Positions 41,079-51,715 are shown, counted from the first letter of the stretch. The stretch: DNA of 64,000 nucleotides from Candidatus Bathyarchaeota archaeon (GCA_963827165.1 CAWGZR010000012.1:1-64000), one strand, 5' to 3'. Numbers and translations are program-made. Notes: generated by a model from the letters alone, not told the origin.

Positions 41079-41648
41079 CTATTCTTTTGGTTTTTCGTTG
41101 TGGTTTTCTGGTACGAAGACAGCTGCCGCGACTGTTGTTGTCCAGAGGCCGTTTTTGTCGCCTGCTGCTGACTGGGTTATGTTGGCTGTTTTGATGATTA
41201 GTCCTGTGGTCTTGAAGAGTTGTTTGCGTTCGTCCCAGGCGGTTTCAGGGTCAAACTGGATGCCCATGGTTGTTGCAAGCATTGTTGCTGCCAAATCCTC
41301 AGCGTAGTCTCCTGCGGTTTCGTCTGTTTGCCCGTAAGAGTGATGTTCGCTCAAGTAACCGTACTGGTCTTTACCGGAAGGGATGGCAACGCCGATCGAT
41401 GACGCTACGAGCCTGTGCGGTTCGTTGGTTGAGTTGCGTGCGATGACGACAAAGGTTATTTCGCCAGGCTGAATCATTTTCAAGCCTTTCTCGCGCGTCA
41501 ATTGCTCACATCCTGGCGGAACTATGCTGGATACGCTAACGAGGTTGCACATTTGGATGCCCGCGTCTCGTAGGGCTAATTCAAAAGATTGGAGTTGCTC
41601 TTTGTGTTTGCCAACTCCTTTTGTGAAAAAGAAGTATTTTGGTATCAT
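41079..41648 (-). CDS. pdaD: Pyruvoyl-dependent arginine decarboxylase
   Basis: [23 protein letters not shown] (Ser-Ser cleavage site), YGYLSEHH. Confidence 0.92.
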   Translation of the reverse strand: MIPKYFFFTKGVGKHKEQLQSFELALRDAGIQMCNLVSVSSIVPPGCEQLTREKGLKMIQPGEITFVVIARNSTNEPHRLVASSIGVAIPSGKDQYGYLSEHHSYGQTDETAGDYAEDLAATMLATTMGIQFDPETAWDERKQLFKTTGLIIKTANITQSAAGDKNGLWTTTVAAAVFVPENHNEKPKE

Positions 41649-41937
41649 TTGGATTCGGAAAGAATGATTACAGTATGTATTTAAAAAGTTTCTTATCCCA
41701 AAGACCACGCCTCACGTCAAGTACACGCAAAGGCTAGGCGTGCGCGAAAACAATTTATTTTTTTCAGCCAGCGCTTACCATTCGCAGTTTGAAATGAAAG
41801 TTTTTGAAATTGGAGACTCTTGCATCTCTCAAATTTTTGGATCACCATCGGGTGACTACCGAGAAATTTACGAAATAGATTCCCGATCAGAAACAGGCAA
41901 CGGTGCAGAAGACAAAAAAAATTTACAAAGGAACCTC

Positions 41938-42954
41938 TTATTTTATGTTGCCAACCCGCATTTTATCGACCTCAGCTTTGCCAGGAACGGCAACCATTAT
42001 GTTCCTACTTAGAGCTATTTTGCCAAAGTTCACTTTTACCTCTGAAGTTTCAGCGTCAGAATAGAACGCTGTGAGTTTAGCTGCCCATTCGATTGCTTTC
42101 TTGGTTTTTGATCCCTGCAAAAGGGTGGTTGGACCCACAATATTTGGAAGTTCGAAAAAGAAGTCGAATGGTGCTTTAAGCTGTGTTAACGTTTTGTTTT
42201 CTGCCTGGTTTCTTCCTACTATTATCTTGTTTTTTCCAAGCCGAAAATGCCTGCCGACCCTGAGCAACTCAATATCGTGCGTTGAAACACGTTTCTTGTT
42301 GGCGAGAAGGTCACGTAGTTTCTTTGAGTATTCCTCGCATGTTAAAAGGCATCCGCCGGCAGGAGATGGGTAACTAGTAATTCCATATTCCTTGGCTAAA
42401 GCAAACTGGGGTTTGCGCGATCTACCCTGAATACTGAGAAGCTTAGCCCGGTTAACAAACCCTTTTCTTTCCGCTGCGGTTTCAGGAAGTAACTTCGCCG
42501 AGAGCGGACGCAAAAGTTTGCCTTTCAACCCTGAGTCTACTTCGATTATTCGTAAGGCGGGGTAATGCTGGGATTTGGGTCTTTCGCCTAGAACTTCCCC
42601 TGTGAAAATGAAGCCTGCGCCGATTTCATTGGCATATTTTTTTGCTTTTCTAATCATGAATATTTTGCAGTCGATGCAGGGATTCATGTTTTTGCCATAG
42701 CCGTACTTTGGGTTGCGAAGCATCCGTAAATAATCTTTATCGACGCGAAGTACCTTGAGAGGAACTTTTAGTTGGTCTGCTGCTTGCTGTGCCTCGCTGG
42801 TTCCGTCCTTCTTCGGGACACAAAACGGGGTTTTAACATTGAATGCAACCACTTCGATCCCTTGTCTGCCGATAAGTTCCACTGCAAGGATGCTGTCTAA
42901 ACCGCCTGAAAGTAAACCTAAAGCCTTAACCTTCGCCGTCATCGCCAATAGCAT
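41938..42954 (-). CDS. ThiI/MnmA-like PP-loop tRNA thiolation protein with DUF814-type C-terminus
   Basis: SGGLDS, NPCIDC, GEVLGERP.SQ, PAGGCLLT, GRHFR, IVGRN..EN. Confidence 0.8.
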   Translation of the reverse strand: MLLAMTAKVKALGLLSGGLDSILAVELIGRQGIEVVAFNVKTPFCVPKKDGTSEAQQAADQLKVPLKVLRVDKDYLRMLRNPKYGYGKNMNPCIDCKIFMIRKAKKYANEIGAGFIFTGEVLGERPKSQHYPALRIIEVDSGLKGKLLRPLSAKLLPETAAERKGFVNRAKLLSIQGRSRKPQFALAKEYGITSYPSPAGGCLLTCEEYSKKLRDLLANKKRVSTHDIELLRVGRHFRLGKNKIIVGRNQAENKTLTQLKAPFDFFFELPNIVGPTTLLQGSKTKKAIEWAAKLTAFYSDAETSEVKVNFGKIALSRNIMVAVPGKAEVDKMRVGNIK

Positions 42955-43238
42955 TCTTCAGCCTGAATAATAATATAACGCCGCATTAGATAGGAAACCG
43001 GCGGTCAAACGTCACCGAGTGAAAGAAAGGTTTTTTGATGGCTTTTTCTTCGGAAACTGCTTGGCTTTCTGACTGTTGACGATATTAAATGCATGAGGAT
43101 TTACCTTGTTAAGGCTACTTCACTTGTTTGTGAAGCCTGCTTCGTTCAACAATTCCAAATTGACTTAACTTCTTGGCGAATTTCACCTGTCAAGAAGCCC
43201 TAAATTCGATACAATCTAAACAACCAGTGAGAAAGCGT

Positions 43239-44601
43239 TTGGAGGAGAAAGAAGTGGTCCTTGAACGAAACGAAAAAATAATCGCGTACCAAACTTACGT
43301 GGCCAAAGGTGGAAACACAAGTGCGCCAGCCAGTTACTGGAGCGATTACAAGTGGCAATTGAACAAGTTCCATAAGGTCAATCGAAGCTTTTGAACAGTT
43401 AACCGGCATAAATTTCACAGGAAAACGAACGCGAAAAACTTGAAGAAACAATAAGGAAATTTCCGCTCTGCGTAACCCCGTATTATGCTTCGTTGATAAA
43501 ACAGCAGAATTTCCACTGTGACCCAATATTTAAGCAGGCGTTTCCAGACCCGGCTGAGCTAACAATTTCAAATTGCGACATGAAAGATCCGCTGCATGAA
43601 GACAAAGACAGCCCAGCTAAAGGAATAACACATCGATATCCCGACCGAGTCCTCTTTCTAATCAGCAACAGCTGCGCCATGTACTGTAGGCACTGCACTC
43701 GGAAAAGGAAAGTAGGCGACCCCGAGCAGATGCCTTCAAAACAACAGATAATTCAGGGGATCCGCTATATAGAAGATCACCGGGAAATCCGCGATGTGCT
43801 GCTTTCAGGCGGAGACCCCCTTATGTTGCCTGACGAATATCTAGACTGGATTCTAACTGAGCTAAAAGCATTCCACACGTCGAAGTCGTCAGAATCGGCT
43901 CAAGAATCCCCGTAGTACTGCCCTACAGAATAACCGATGAATTAGTCTACATGCTCAAAAAGCATCATCCGCTTTGGCTCAATACCCAATTCAACCACCC
44001 ACGGGAACTCACCTTGTCCTCCAGAGAAGCCGTAAGAAAACTTGCTGACGCAGGAATCCCACTGGGAAACCAATCCGTGCTACTCGCCGGAGTAAACGAT
44101 TGCCCACAAATCATCAGAGACCTAAACCAAAAACTCGTCCAAAATAGGGTTCGACCCTACTATTTGTTCCAATGCGACCTCTCGGAAGGGCTTAGCCATT
44201 TTCGAACGCCAATTGGCAAGGGCATCGAAATCATGGAATGCCTCGTGGGACACACCAGCGGGTTCGCAGTACCCAGATATGTCGTGGACGCGCCGGGAGG
44301 AGGTGGAAAGATCCCTGTCATGCCAAACTACATCTTATCCCAATCAGCCAATAAAGTGATCCTGAGAAACTACGAAGGCGTCATCACAACTTACACGGAA
44401 CCAGACACGTACACACCTGCTGCATGCGACCAAAACTGCGGCAAATGTGGTATAGAGACAAGATCGTTAACACGCGAGAAGACGGTCGGCATTGGGAAAT
44501 TGCTGCAGGATTCAGGGGAAATATCGTTGATACCGAAGGGAAACGTGCGGATAAAAAGGAGGCTGAAGAAGCAACGTGTGGGAGGTGAATTGGGTGCTTA
44601 G
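43239..44601 (+). pseudogene. ablA: Lysine 2,3-aminomutase (AblA/KamA radical SAM), interrupted by three apparent frameshifts
   Basis: [67 protein letters not shown]-terminal C...C..C; frame breaks near 43366, 43420 and 43866. Confidence 0.88.
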
Positions 44602-45133
44602 GATAAAGAGTTATTTGAAGTTTAAAATAAGAAACATCTTATCCCAAGACATCAAGGAAGTTTACAAGCTGCTTGTTGCAAACAGGCCCTACGTTGGTTT
44701 AAACTCTCGTTATACCTACTTCCTGCTGGCTAAAGATTTCTCCGACACATGCGTCGTCGCCGAACAAGACAACAAAGTAGTCGGGTTCTCTTCCGGTTAC
44801 GTTCCGAAAGAAAGGCCCGATACTTTCTTTAACTGGGAAGTTGTAGTGCACGAAGATTATCGTGGACACGGCCTTCAAAAACAGATGCTTCTTTTCCAAA
44901 TCGAATCCGCAGGCGCAAAATACTTTGAAGGCACCGTTAATCCCTCGAATGTTGCGTCAAAGAGAAACTATTTTGAATTAGCCCAACTATTGAAAACAGG
45001 TTGCGAAGAAAACATTTTGCTCAGCGCAGAAGACTTCGAAGATGATGGACACGAACCCGAAATTCTGTACCGCGTGGGCCCAATCTCTAAAACCGAAATT
45101 CAAACCTTAGTCTACACCCAGTTGAACACATAA
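44594..45133 (+). CDS. EctA-like (diaminobutyrate acetyltransferase family) GNAT
   Basis: [28 protein letters not shown]...RPDTFF.W.V.V...RG.GL, E.T..PSN.AS, HEPE.L.RVGP. Confidence 0.8.
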   Translation: MLRIKSYLKFKIRNILSQDIKEVYKLLVANRPYVGLNSRYTYFLLAKDFSDTCVVAEQDNKVVGFSSGYVPKERPDTFFNWEVVVHEDYRGHGLQKQMLLFQIESAGAKYFEGTVNPSNVASKRNYFELAQLLKTGCEENILLSAEDFEDDGHEPEILYRVGPISKTEIQTLVYTQLNT

Positions 45134-45253
45134 AACCAACCCAATCTCTGACTTTTTTTGGGTAGTGGGCAACTTTTTCCATCAACCTCCAGTGAGGCAA
45201 CATTTTTTTCAGAATAATTTAAAAACCCATTCTATGATAAAATAGATAGGTCT

Positions 45254-46387
45254 ATGTCAAGCAATCGAGGACTGGCTTTGGACATCAGTGTCTTTATCCC
45301 AGTTTACAAAGAGTCGAATCAGTTATCGGGAATGATAAAAGAACTTCTTTCCCAAAGCGAAAGCAAAGAAATCTTTGTCATCGTCGATGAGCCAACTCCA
45401 GAGTTTTCCGAAAAAATAAAAGAGTTCCAGGACGAACAAATAAAACTCTTCGTCAATGCGGAACGAAAGGGCAAAGCAAACGCTCTAAACGAGGCTGTTG
45501 GGTTAGCGTCGGGAAAAGTTCTTCTTTTCTTAGACTCTGACGTTCAAGTAACTAGTGACCCTGACTTCTTGAAGAAAATCATAATGGAGATGCAGATGAC
45601 TGATGTGCTTGACATTAAAAAGGAAGTTTCAAAAGGCAAATCCTTCCTTTCAAGAATGGCCTACTACGAGTACTTCACTTTCAACGTTAGCGCCTGGTTA
45701 TCCTCAAGATACATGAACAAATGCCCCTGCGTGAACGGCGCCGCCTTCGCAATCAAAAAAGAAACATTCGAGAAAGTTGGCGGTTTCCACAAAGTCGTTG
45801 CAGAAGACATTGATTTGGCAACACGAGTTTTCCTCCAAGACGGCAGCTTCGCCTACACTAAAGACGTAGAAGTCAAGAACGTCGTCTACAGCGATTGGAG
45901 CCGATGGTTCAAACAGCGACGAAGATGGGCAATCGGACAAGGCCTATGGACTGTGGATTGGTACCAAGATTTAATAAAGAAATTCGTCAAAAAACCCCAG
46001 GTTTTCCTGCCGAGCCTATTCTTCCTGTACCCAACCATAGCAATTTTCTTAGTCAGCGCACTGATGCCAAGCTTCTGGATGTACAATTCCTTGCTGGTTT
46101 TCTCTCTGTTTTTATCCGTGAAATTTAACCTTATGCTACCGGTTTTCCTAGTTTCCCTTGCCACTGCGAGCCTTCTGAAAATTTTAGCTATCATGCTGTT
46201 AGGTTTCGCTTTAACAGCGGTTACCTTCTATGGTTTATCAAGAAAAATCGGGTTTCGAGAAATGAAGCTGCATGAATTGTTTGTTTACTACTTTTTCTAT
46301 TCTAACCTCTATATAGCGATACAGATTATCGGCTTCTTTCAAGTGATTGTCTTGCGGAAAAAGTCTGGACCCGGCTGGAAAGTTTAA
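45254..46387 (+). CDS. GT2 membrane glycosyltransferase
   Basis: IPVYKE, GKANALN, FLDSD, VAED, QRRRW; C-terminal TM helices. Confidence 0.9.
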   Translation: MSSNRGLALDISVFIPVYKESNQLSGMIKELLSQSESKEIFVIVDEPTPEFSEKIKEFQDEQIKLFVNAERKGKANALNEAVGLASGKVLLFLDSDVQVTSDPDFLKKIIMEMQMTDVLDIKKEVSKGKSFLSRMAYYEYFTFNVSAWLSSRYMNKCPCVNGAAFAIKKETFEKVGGFHKVVAEDIDLATRVFLQDGSFAYTKDVEVKNVVYSDWSRWFKQRRRWAIGQGLWTVDWYQDLIKKFVKKPQVFLPSLFFLYPTIAIFLVSALMPSFWMYNSLLVFSLFLSVKFNLMLPVFLVSLATASLLKILAIMLLGFALTAVTFYGLSRKIGFREMKLHELFVYYFFYSNLYIAIQIIGFFQVIVLRKKSGPGWKV

Positions 46388-46413
46388 CATTAGCCGAACA
46401 ATCTTAGCCCGTA

Positions 46414-47316
46414 TTAAGAGTCTAAAAGTTTCCTCAACTTCTCAAAGTTCTCAAACATGACGCAGTGTCCCGCCCCTTTAAAAATCTCCAGTTGCGACCC
46501 AATGATTCTTTTTGCAATCAAATGCGCATTTTCGACTCGGCAAGTTTTGTCCTCAGAACCCTGCCAAACCGACAATTTGCCAGCTGGAATCCTCGAAAAC
46601 GAAACTGACCACGGCTTCATGAAAGCCTGATGTTCCAAAAGCACGGCTTTGACCCCATCGCTTTGGCGGAAAGCTTCGGCCATGGATTGATACATTAGCG
46701 TCATCCAGGCTGGGTCTGAAAAAAACTTCAAGTCGCTTCTGGAGCACGCGTGAAGCATTTCTTTTCCCTGCCTTGACTTCAAAAACGCGGAGATATCTCC
46801 GTTGGCTTTAAGCACTTGGTTGCTCATCCTTTTCATCGCAAAAAGTCCTAGAAACGGGATTTTCATTATGTAACGTGCAAAAGGCATATTGTGTGCGGTC
46901 GAAACATCGAACGGCAAAGACGGCGTACCCGCAGCTACCGCTTTAGTTACCCGCTCGGGGTGGCACGCTAAGTATGCAAGTGCAAAAACACCTCCGCCAG
47001 ACCAGCCTAAAACTCCAAACTGCTTTATCCCCAAATGCGAAACTAAAAAGTTAACGTCAGGATTGAAGTCCTGGAGGTTTGCTCTTGGATAAAATGTTGA
47101 TAAGCCGTAGCCTGGTCTGTCAACGCTGATTATTTGCAGCCCGGCGGAGTTTGCCAGTTCTCTTAGGAGCAGAACTTCTAGGCGGCTGCTGGCCGTTCCG
47201 TGGAAGTAAATAAGTGGTTTGCCTTTTCCCGTTGTGCAGTAGCCAAGTTGGCGCCCGTCGGGCAAAACGATAACTTGTTGTTCCAATTCAAAGCCACCAC
47301 TATTTTCTGCTGTCAT
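46414..47316 (-). CDS. Alpha/beta hydrolase
   Basis: LPDGRQLGY, FHGT, DRPGYG.S, GWSGG nucleophile elbow, GAGH; start at MTAEN. Confidence 0.88.
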   Translation of the reverse strand: MTAENSGGFELEQQVIVLPDGRQLGYCTTGKGKPLIYFHGTASSRLEVLLLRELANSAGLQIISVDRPGYGLSTFYPRANLQDFNPDVNFLVSHLGIKQFGVLGWSGGGVFALAYLACHPERVTKAVAAGTPSLPFDVSTAHNMPFARYIMKIPFLGLFAMKRMSNQVLKANGDISAFLKSRQGKEMLHACSRSDLKFFSDPAWMTLMYQSMAEAFRQSDGVKAVLLEHQAFMKPWSVSFSRIPAGKLSVWQGSEDKTCRVENAHLIAKRIIGSQLEIFKGAGHCVMFENFEKLRKLLDS

Positions 47317-48062
47317 GCGTTTGCCTTCTTGAGCACCATGTACGAACCAAAAAAGAATGCTAGGCCGAAGCCCGTAAGAGCTGCGAGTGAAAACCAAGGA
47401 AACGCCTGGTTTAAAGCTGCAGCACGCAGGCACTGGCTTGAATGGGTTAACGGCAGGAAGTAAAGTGCGATTTGGACTCCCTGGGGAACCTGTGACAAGG
47501 AAAAGAAAGTGCCGCACAGAAACGTCATTGGTAGATTTACCAAGTTATTGAACGTACTCATGTGCACATGGTTGTCAAACATTGAGGCAACCATCACTCC
47601 GAAAAGAGAGAAAACGAAGCAGGACAAAAGAAGAGTAAAAACAAAAAGCGGGTTAACCACTAAACTCGGCGAAAGAACAACTCCCAGAATCAATATAGCC
47701 ACAGAGCTGATTAAGCCTCGAACAATGCCTATGAGCGCTTTGCCCACGACTATGGAGTACAAGTTGATGGGCGAAATCAAGAATTCGTCAAAGCTGTGGT
47801 AAAAGAGGCGGTCGATTTGAAGTTTTGAAGCTGCTCCGTTGAAGCTTGATGAAAAAGCCGTAAGCGAAACAATGCCTGGGATGACGAATGCAAGATAGCT
47901 GACGCCGTCTATCGTGACGCCTCTGCCTAAACCGTAGCCGAAAGCCAGCAGGTAAAGGACGGGTTGGATGAGGCTTGTGGCCACCGTTGAGCGCCAGTGA
48001 TGGCCCAGGTTCTTTAGGTCAACCCAGAGAATAGAATAAATATCTTTCAGCGGCTCAAACAT
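47313..48062 (-). CDS. ABC-2 type exporter permease
   Basis: YLAFVIPGI, PM.FLCGTFF, LPLTH. Confidence 0.88.
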   Translation of the reverse strand: MFEPLKDIYSILWVDLKNLGHHWRSTVATSLIQPVLYLLAFGYGLGRGVTIDGVSYLAFVIPGIVSLTAFSSSFNGAASKLQIDRLFYHSFDEFLISPINLYSIVVGKALIGIVRGLISSVAILILGVVLSPSLVVNPLFVFTLLLSCFVFSLFGVMVASMFDNHVHMSTFNNLVNLPMTFLCGTFFSLSQVPQGVQIALYFLPLTHSSQCLRAAALNQAFPWFSLAALTGFGLAFFFGSYMVLKKANA

Positions 48063-48921
48063 CTGTGTTGTCAACCCTCTCGCCTGTTTGTTCCAGAAAC
48101 ACATCTTCTAAGTTAGAGTCACGAATGATAGTTCTAACGTTGGCTGGCAACTTCTCAACGTACCTTGTTGCCTCAGTATGGTCACTGAAAAACTGGTAAC
48201 GCGTCTCCCTATTGTCAATCAATAGCTCGACGGCGATGGGCCCCAACTTCCTACGTAACTCGACCGGTGTGCCTAAAGCAATTAGTTTGCCATGATGCAT
48301 GATGCCGACGCGTCCGCAAAGGGCTTCAGCTTCCTCAATGTAATGGGTAGTTAGGAAGATCGTGGTGCCCTCCGCGTTGAGACGGCGAACCAGATCCCAC
48401 AGACGACGCCGAGCCTGAGCATCCAACCCTTCGGTCGGTTCATCAAGAAATAGCACTTTGGGTTCATGAAGCAAGCTGCATACTATCGCTGCTCTTTTTT
48501 TCATTCCGCCTGAAAGAGTATCTACCATCTTGTCGGCGTACTCTTGAAGTTCAACGTATTCAAGCAATTCAGCAATTCGTTTCTTGCGTTCTGAAGCACC
48601 CAAGCGATGGAGGCGAGCATGAAATTCCATGTTTTCACGCACTGTCAAATCCCGATCTAAAGTCAGATGCTGCTGAACAACACCTATCATCCGCTTTACC
48701 TTCGCCGTTTCTTTTACAACGTCGTAACCTCCGATTGATGCGTAACCAGAAGTGGGCTTGGTCAAAGTAGTCAAAACACGGATAGTTGTCGTTTTCCCTG
48801 CTCCGTTGGGTCCTAAAAAACCGAAAATTTCTTTGTAATGCACCTGCAAATTGAGGTCTTTCACGGCTTGCAGAGTCCCATAGTTCTTGTTCAGTTTCTC
48901 TGTCGTTATTGAATTTTCTAT
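48055..48921 (-). CDS. ABC exporter ATPase (DrrA/NodI-like); start uncertain
   Basis: GPNGAGKTT, LSGGMKKR, LFLDEPT.GLD; frame extends upstream through TEKLNKNYG. Confidence 0.9.
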   Translation of the reverse strand: MENSITTEKLNKNYGTLQAVKDLNLQVHYKEIFGFLGPNGAGKTTTIRVLTTLTKPTSGYASIGGYDVVKETAKVKRMIGVVQQHLTLDRDLTVRENMEFHARLHRLGASERKKRIAELLEYVELQEYADKMVDTLSGGMKKRAAIVCSLLHEPKVLFLDEPTEGLDAQARRRLWDLVRRLNAEGTTIFLTTHYIEEAEALCGRVGIMHHGKLIALGTPVELRRKLGPIAVELLIDNRETRYQFFSDHTEATRYVEKLPANVRTIIRDSNLEDVFLEQTGERVDNTDV

Positions 48922-48965
48922 CGCAAGCCCCCCATTTTGCCTGTTTCGTTTCTTGGGTATTCTCG

Positions 48966-49700
48966 TTAGTCTTTTTTCATTGCTGCAGTTTTGAGTTCTT
49001 TAGGCATTAACTCGATGGCATATCTCAAAGCGGTTCGAGGCATAACCGACTTGTTCTTTAATACATAGTCGAAGACCTCTTTCTGGTGCTTCCTGCTTTC
49101 CTCTTTAAGCAGCCACCCGTACCCCTTTTGCACCATTTCATCCTCGTCAACCAGTAGCATGTCGCAGATTTCTAGCGCATCTTCTATGAAACAGCCTTTT
49201 TTGGCTGGAACAATGAGTGAAACAGCCGAAGCCCGCCTAAGCCAGCGGTTCTTATTTTTAGTCCAAGTTTTTATTTCGCTTAGAATCTGAGGGTACTTCT
49301 GGATTAGATCGCCGATTGTGTGGTTGCAGAAGCCGTCACATTTAGCCCAATTGTTGATGTAATGTTCGATCCATCCTTTGAAAGTGGTCAAGTCGCTAGG
49401 TTCAAGATCTTCTATGTAGTTTGGCAGCCAAAACGCCACCACGAAAGCTTCTTCAGTGTAATCCGAACGGTAAAGCTCTTCACACAACCAAAAAACTGAT
49501 TGTTTATCCAGCGTTTTCACTTGTTTCCAATAAGCTTTAGCTATTTTCCCAACAGTGGGGGTTTTAATTCCGTAGTACTTTACATGTTCCTTGAAGAAAC
49601 GCTGAAAGGTTTTCTGAGTCTGTGGGTCAGCGTTGGCTTTCAAGTCCGACCTTAGCTGAGCAAGGATAGTGTCCATGACTGTTAAAACGTTTCTTGGCAA
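48966..49700 (-). CDS. DNA alkylation repair protein (AlkD-like HEAT-repeat family)
   Basis: YGIKTP, INNWAKCD, N.WLRRA, MVQKGYGWLLKE, MPRTALRYAIE. Confidence 0.88.
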   Translation of the reverse strand: MPRNVLTVMDTILAQLRSDLKANADPQTQKTFQRFFKEHVKYYGIKTPTVGKIAKAYWKQVKTLDKQSVFWLCEELYRSDYTEEAFVVAFWLPNYIEDLEPSDLTTFKGWIEHYINNWAKCDGFCNHTIGDLIQKYPQILSEIKTWTKNKNRWLRRASAVSLIVPAKKGCFIEDALEICDMLLVDEDEMVQKGYGWLLKEESRKHQKEVFDYVLKNKSVMPRTALRYAIELMPKELKTAAMKKD

Positions 49701-49764
49701 TAATAGCTTTTCCCAGTGAACTAATCTAAAATATTCGATAACAAGAGAAGCAAAATTGGAGGAG

Positions 49765-50058
49765 TTAATAATCTTCCATTTGATAGAGGTCTAAATCGAT
49801 GTTGAGGGTTTTCTCTGTTTCGTGCGTCTCTTCTAGGTCGTAGAGGTAATGGGTGGCTTTTTCGAGTCTGCTGGTTCTTTTCGGGGGTATCTTAGACTTT
49901 GCCATCCCAACTTTCATTTTGTTTTTTGGCTTTTGAACTATGCCTGAGCCGCGTATAACCCTGGAGTTGTCGATCATTTTTGGAACAACCTCGATTTTAA
50001 CATCTTCAATTGATAGCGGGTTCTTGCATGCTTCGTCGTGCAAGGGGTGTTTAGTCAA
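49765..50058 (-). CDS. 97-aa protein resembling the extreme C-terminus of archaeal FtsZ (no GTPase domain)
   Basis: TTG start overlaps the upstream RHH stop; LSIED...MIDNSRVIRG and terminal LNIDLDLYQMEDY; similarity judged by eye. Confidence 0.45.
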   Translation of the reverse strand: MTKHPLHDEACKNPLSIEDVKIEVVPKMIDNSRVIRGSGIVQKPKNKMKVGMAKSKIPPKRTSRLEKATHYLYDLEETHETEKTLNIDLDLYQMEDY

Positions 50059-50206
50059 CGCCTTTTCGCCTCCAAACCTCGGCACTGATTAAGTCGCGAA
50101 TGGCAACCCTGATGGCTTCGGCACGGTTAGGATAGAACCGTTCTCCGACCAACTGGTCCAAAGCTTTTATATAGGTTTCAGGCAGATACAGAGTGATTAG
50201 TTTCAT
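50051..50206 (-). CDS. Ribbon-helix-helix transcription regulator, CdrS/CopG-like, 51 aa (not in ORF track)
   Basis: Manual translation MKLITLYLPETYIKALDQLVGERFYPNRAEAIRVAIRDLISAEVWRRKGVD; PNR.EAIR.A.RDL signature; GGAGA upstream. Confidence 0.85.
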   Translation of the reverse strand: MKLITLYLPETYIKALDQLVGERFYPNRAEAIRVAIRDLISAEVWRRKGVD

Positions 50207-50419
50207 TAGTTTATCTCTCCCAATTTGTGATTAAACAACAGACAGCGGCTTGTAACCTATACATCTATATAATATGCCTTAAATATGCTTATAACATGTT
50301 GGTGCCATAGCATATAAGCGCAAAATTAGCCATGTTGCAGCTTTCTGTCAATTTCTACTCAGGAACCTTTAAGTTTTTATCCTTTATTGAAATATCTAAC
50401 ATGCTGGTGTACATGGTTA

Positions 50420-51715
50420 TTGCAGGTTTTCCTTAGAAGTTTCGGCTGCTCAGCAAACATGGCTGACGGAGAAGTCTTAGCAGGCTGTCTAAAACAAGCC
50501 GACTTCCAACTTGCTACTTCAGAAGTCGAAGCCGACGTAATAATATTCAACAGTTGCGCGGTAAAAGGACCGACGGAAAACCGCATCATAGACGCCATTA
50601 AGCATGCGCCAAAAGGAAAAAAAATAATCATTGCAGGTTGCCTCCCTATGATAAGTTTTGAAAGGCTACTTCGTGAAGTGCACTTTGACGGTGCAGTCGG
50701 TCCCTCAGTTGGCGCCGCAATTGTCGATGTTGTTAATCGCGTTGCTGCTGGTGAGAGAGTGTTTGATTTAGGTGGGTTGGAGGGTAAGCCCAGACTGGAT
50801 CTTCCTAAAATCAGGTCCAACCCCATTGTAAGTGTGGTCCCGATAAATTATGGTTGTTTAGGTTCCTGTGCTTACTGCTGCGTTGTCCATGCAAGGGGGC
50901 ATCTGAGAAGCTACAGTGTCAAAGAAGTTGTTGACCGAGTAAGATGCGACGTTGCAGATGGCGCAACGGAGTTTTGGGTTACTTCGCAGGACACTGCGTG
51001 TTATGGAAGAGATTTTCACAGCAACCTTGCGGAGCTGATTAAGGCGCTCGATGGGTTGGATGGCGATTTTCATCTGCGGGTTGGCATGATGACCCCCAAC
51101 ATGGTGACTGATATGCAAGAGCAGTTAATAGAGGCTTACAAAAGCAAAAAGGTCTTCAAGTTTCTGCATTTACCCGTGCAAAGCGGCGACGACGAAACAT
51201 TGAAGCGAATGCGTAGGTTTTACACGGCAGCAGAATTCAAGACAATTGCCAGTTCTTTTAGGGTCCAGTTTCCCAATCTGACACTTGCGACCGACATAAT
51301 CGTGGGCTTCCCAGGCGAAACTGAGGCGGCTTTTGAGAACACTCTTAAGCTCTTAGAGGCAGTTAAGCCTGATGTTACCAATGTGTCTAAGTTTTTTGCC
51401 AGACCCAAAACCGCAGCGGCGCAAATCAAACATGGCTTGGTTGAACGAGAAGAGATTAAGCGAAGAAGCACCATTGCTGCCGATCTATCGAAGCGGATTT
51501 CTTTGGCGCGAAATGAACGTTGGGTGGGTTGGGCTGGGGATGTGCTGGTTGATGAGAAGGGAAAAGTTGAAGGCTCATTTGTGGGTCGTAACTTTGCTTA
51601 TAAACCAATTGTCATCAAAAGCACAGAAGGTTTGCTCGGCAAGACGGTCAAGGTTAAGGTTGTTGAGGCTTCGACAACTTATTTGAAAGGGGAATTAGCC
51701 GCATCCTGTGGTTGA
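50420..51715 (+). CDS. Archaeal MtaB/MiaB-like tRNA methylthiotransferase
   Basis: FGCSAN, NSCAVK, AGCLP, GCLGSCAYC (radical SAM), HLPVQSG, C-terminal TRAM domain. Confidence 0.92.
   Translation: MQVFLRSFGCSANMADGEVLAGCLKQADFQLATSEVEADVIIFNSCAVKGPTENRIIDAIKHAPKGKKIIIAGCLPMISFERLLREVHFDGAVGPSVGAAIVDVVNRVAAGERVFDLGGLEGKPRLDLPKIRSNPIVSVVPINYGCLGSCAYCCVVHARGHLRSYSVKEVVDRVRCDVADGATEFWVTSQDTACYGRDFHSNLAELIKALDGLDGDFHLRVGMMTPNMVTDMQEQLIEAYKSKKVFKFLHLPVQSGDDETLKRMRRFYTAAEFKTIASSFRVQFPNLTLATDIIVGFPGETEAAFENTLKLLEAVKPDVTNVSKFFARPKTAAAQIKHGLVEREEIKRRSTIAADLSKRISLARNERWVGWAGDVLVDEKGKVEGSFVGRNFAYKPIVIKSTEGLLGKTVKVKVVEASTTYLKGELAASCG

Noticed and set aside
42955-43238. Possible riboswitch in the ablA leader
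   Set aside because: Only a weak hairpin (cttcac...gtgaag); no lysine, SAM or c-di-AMP consensus recognised
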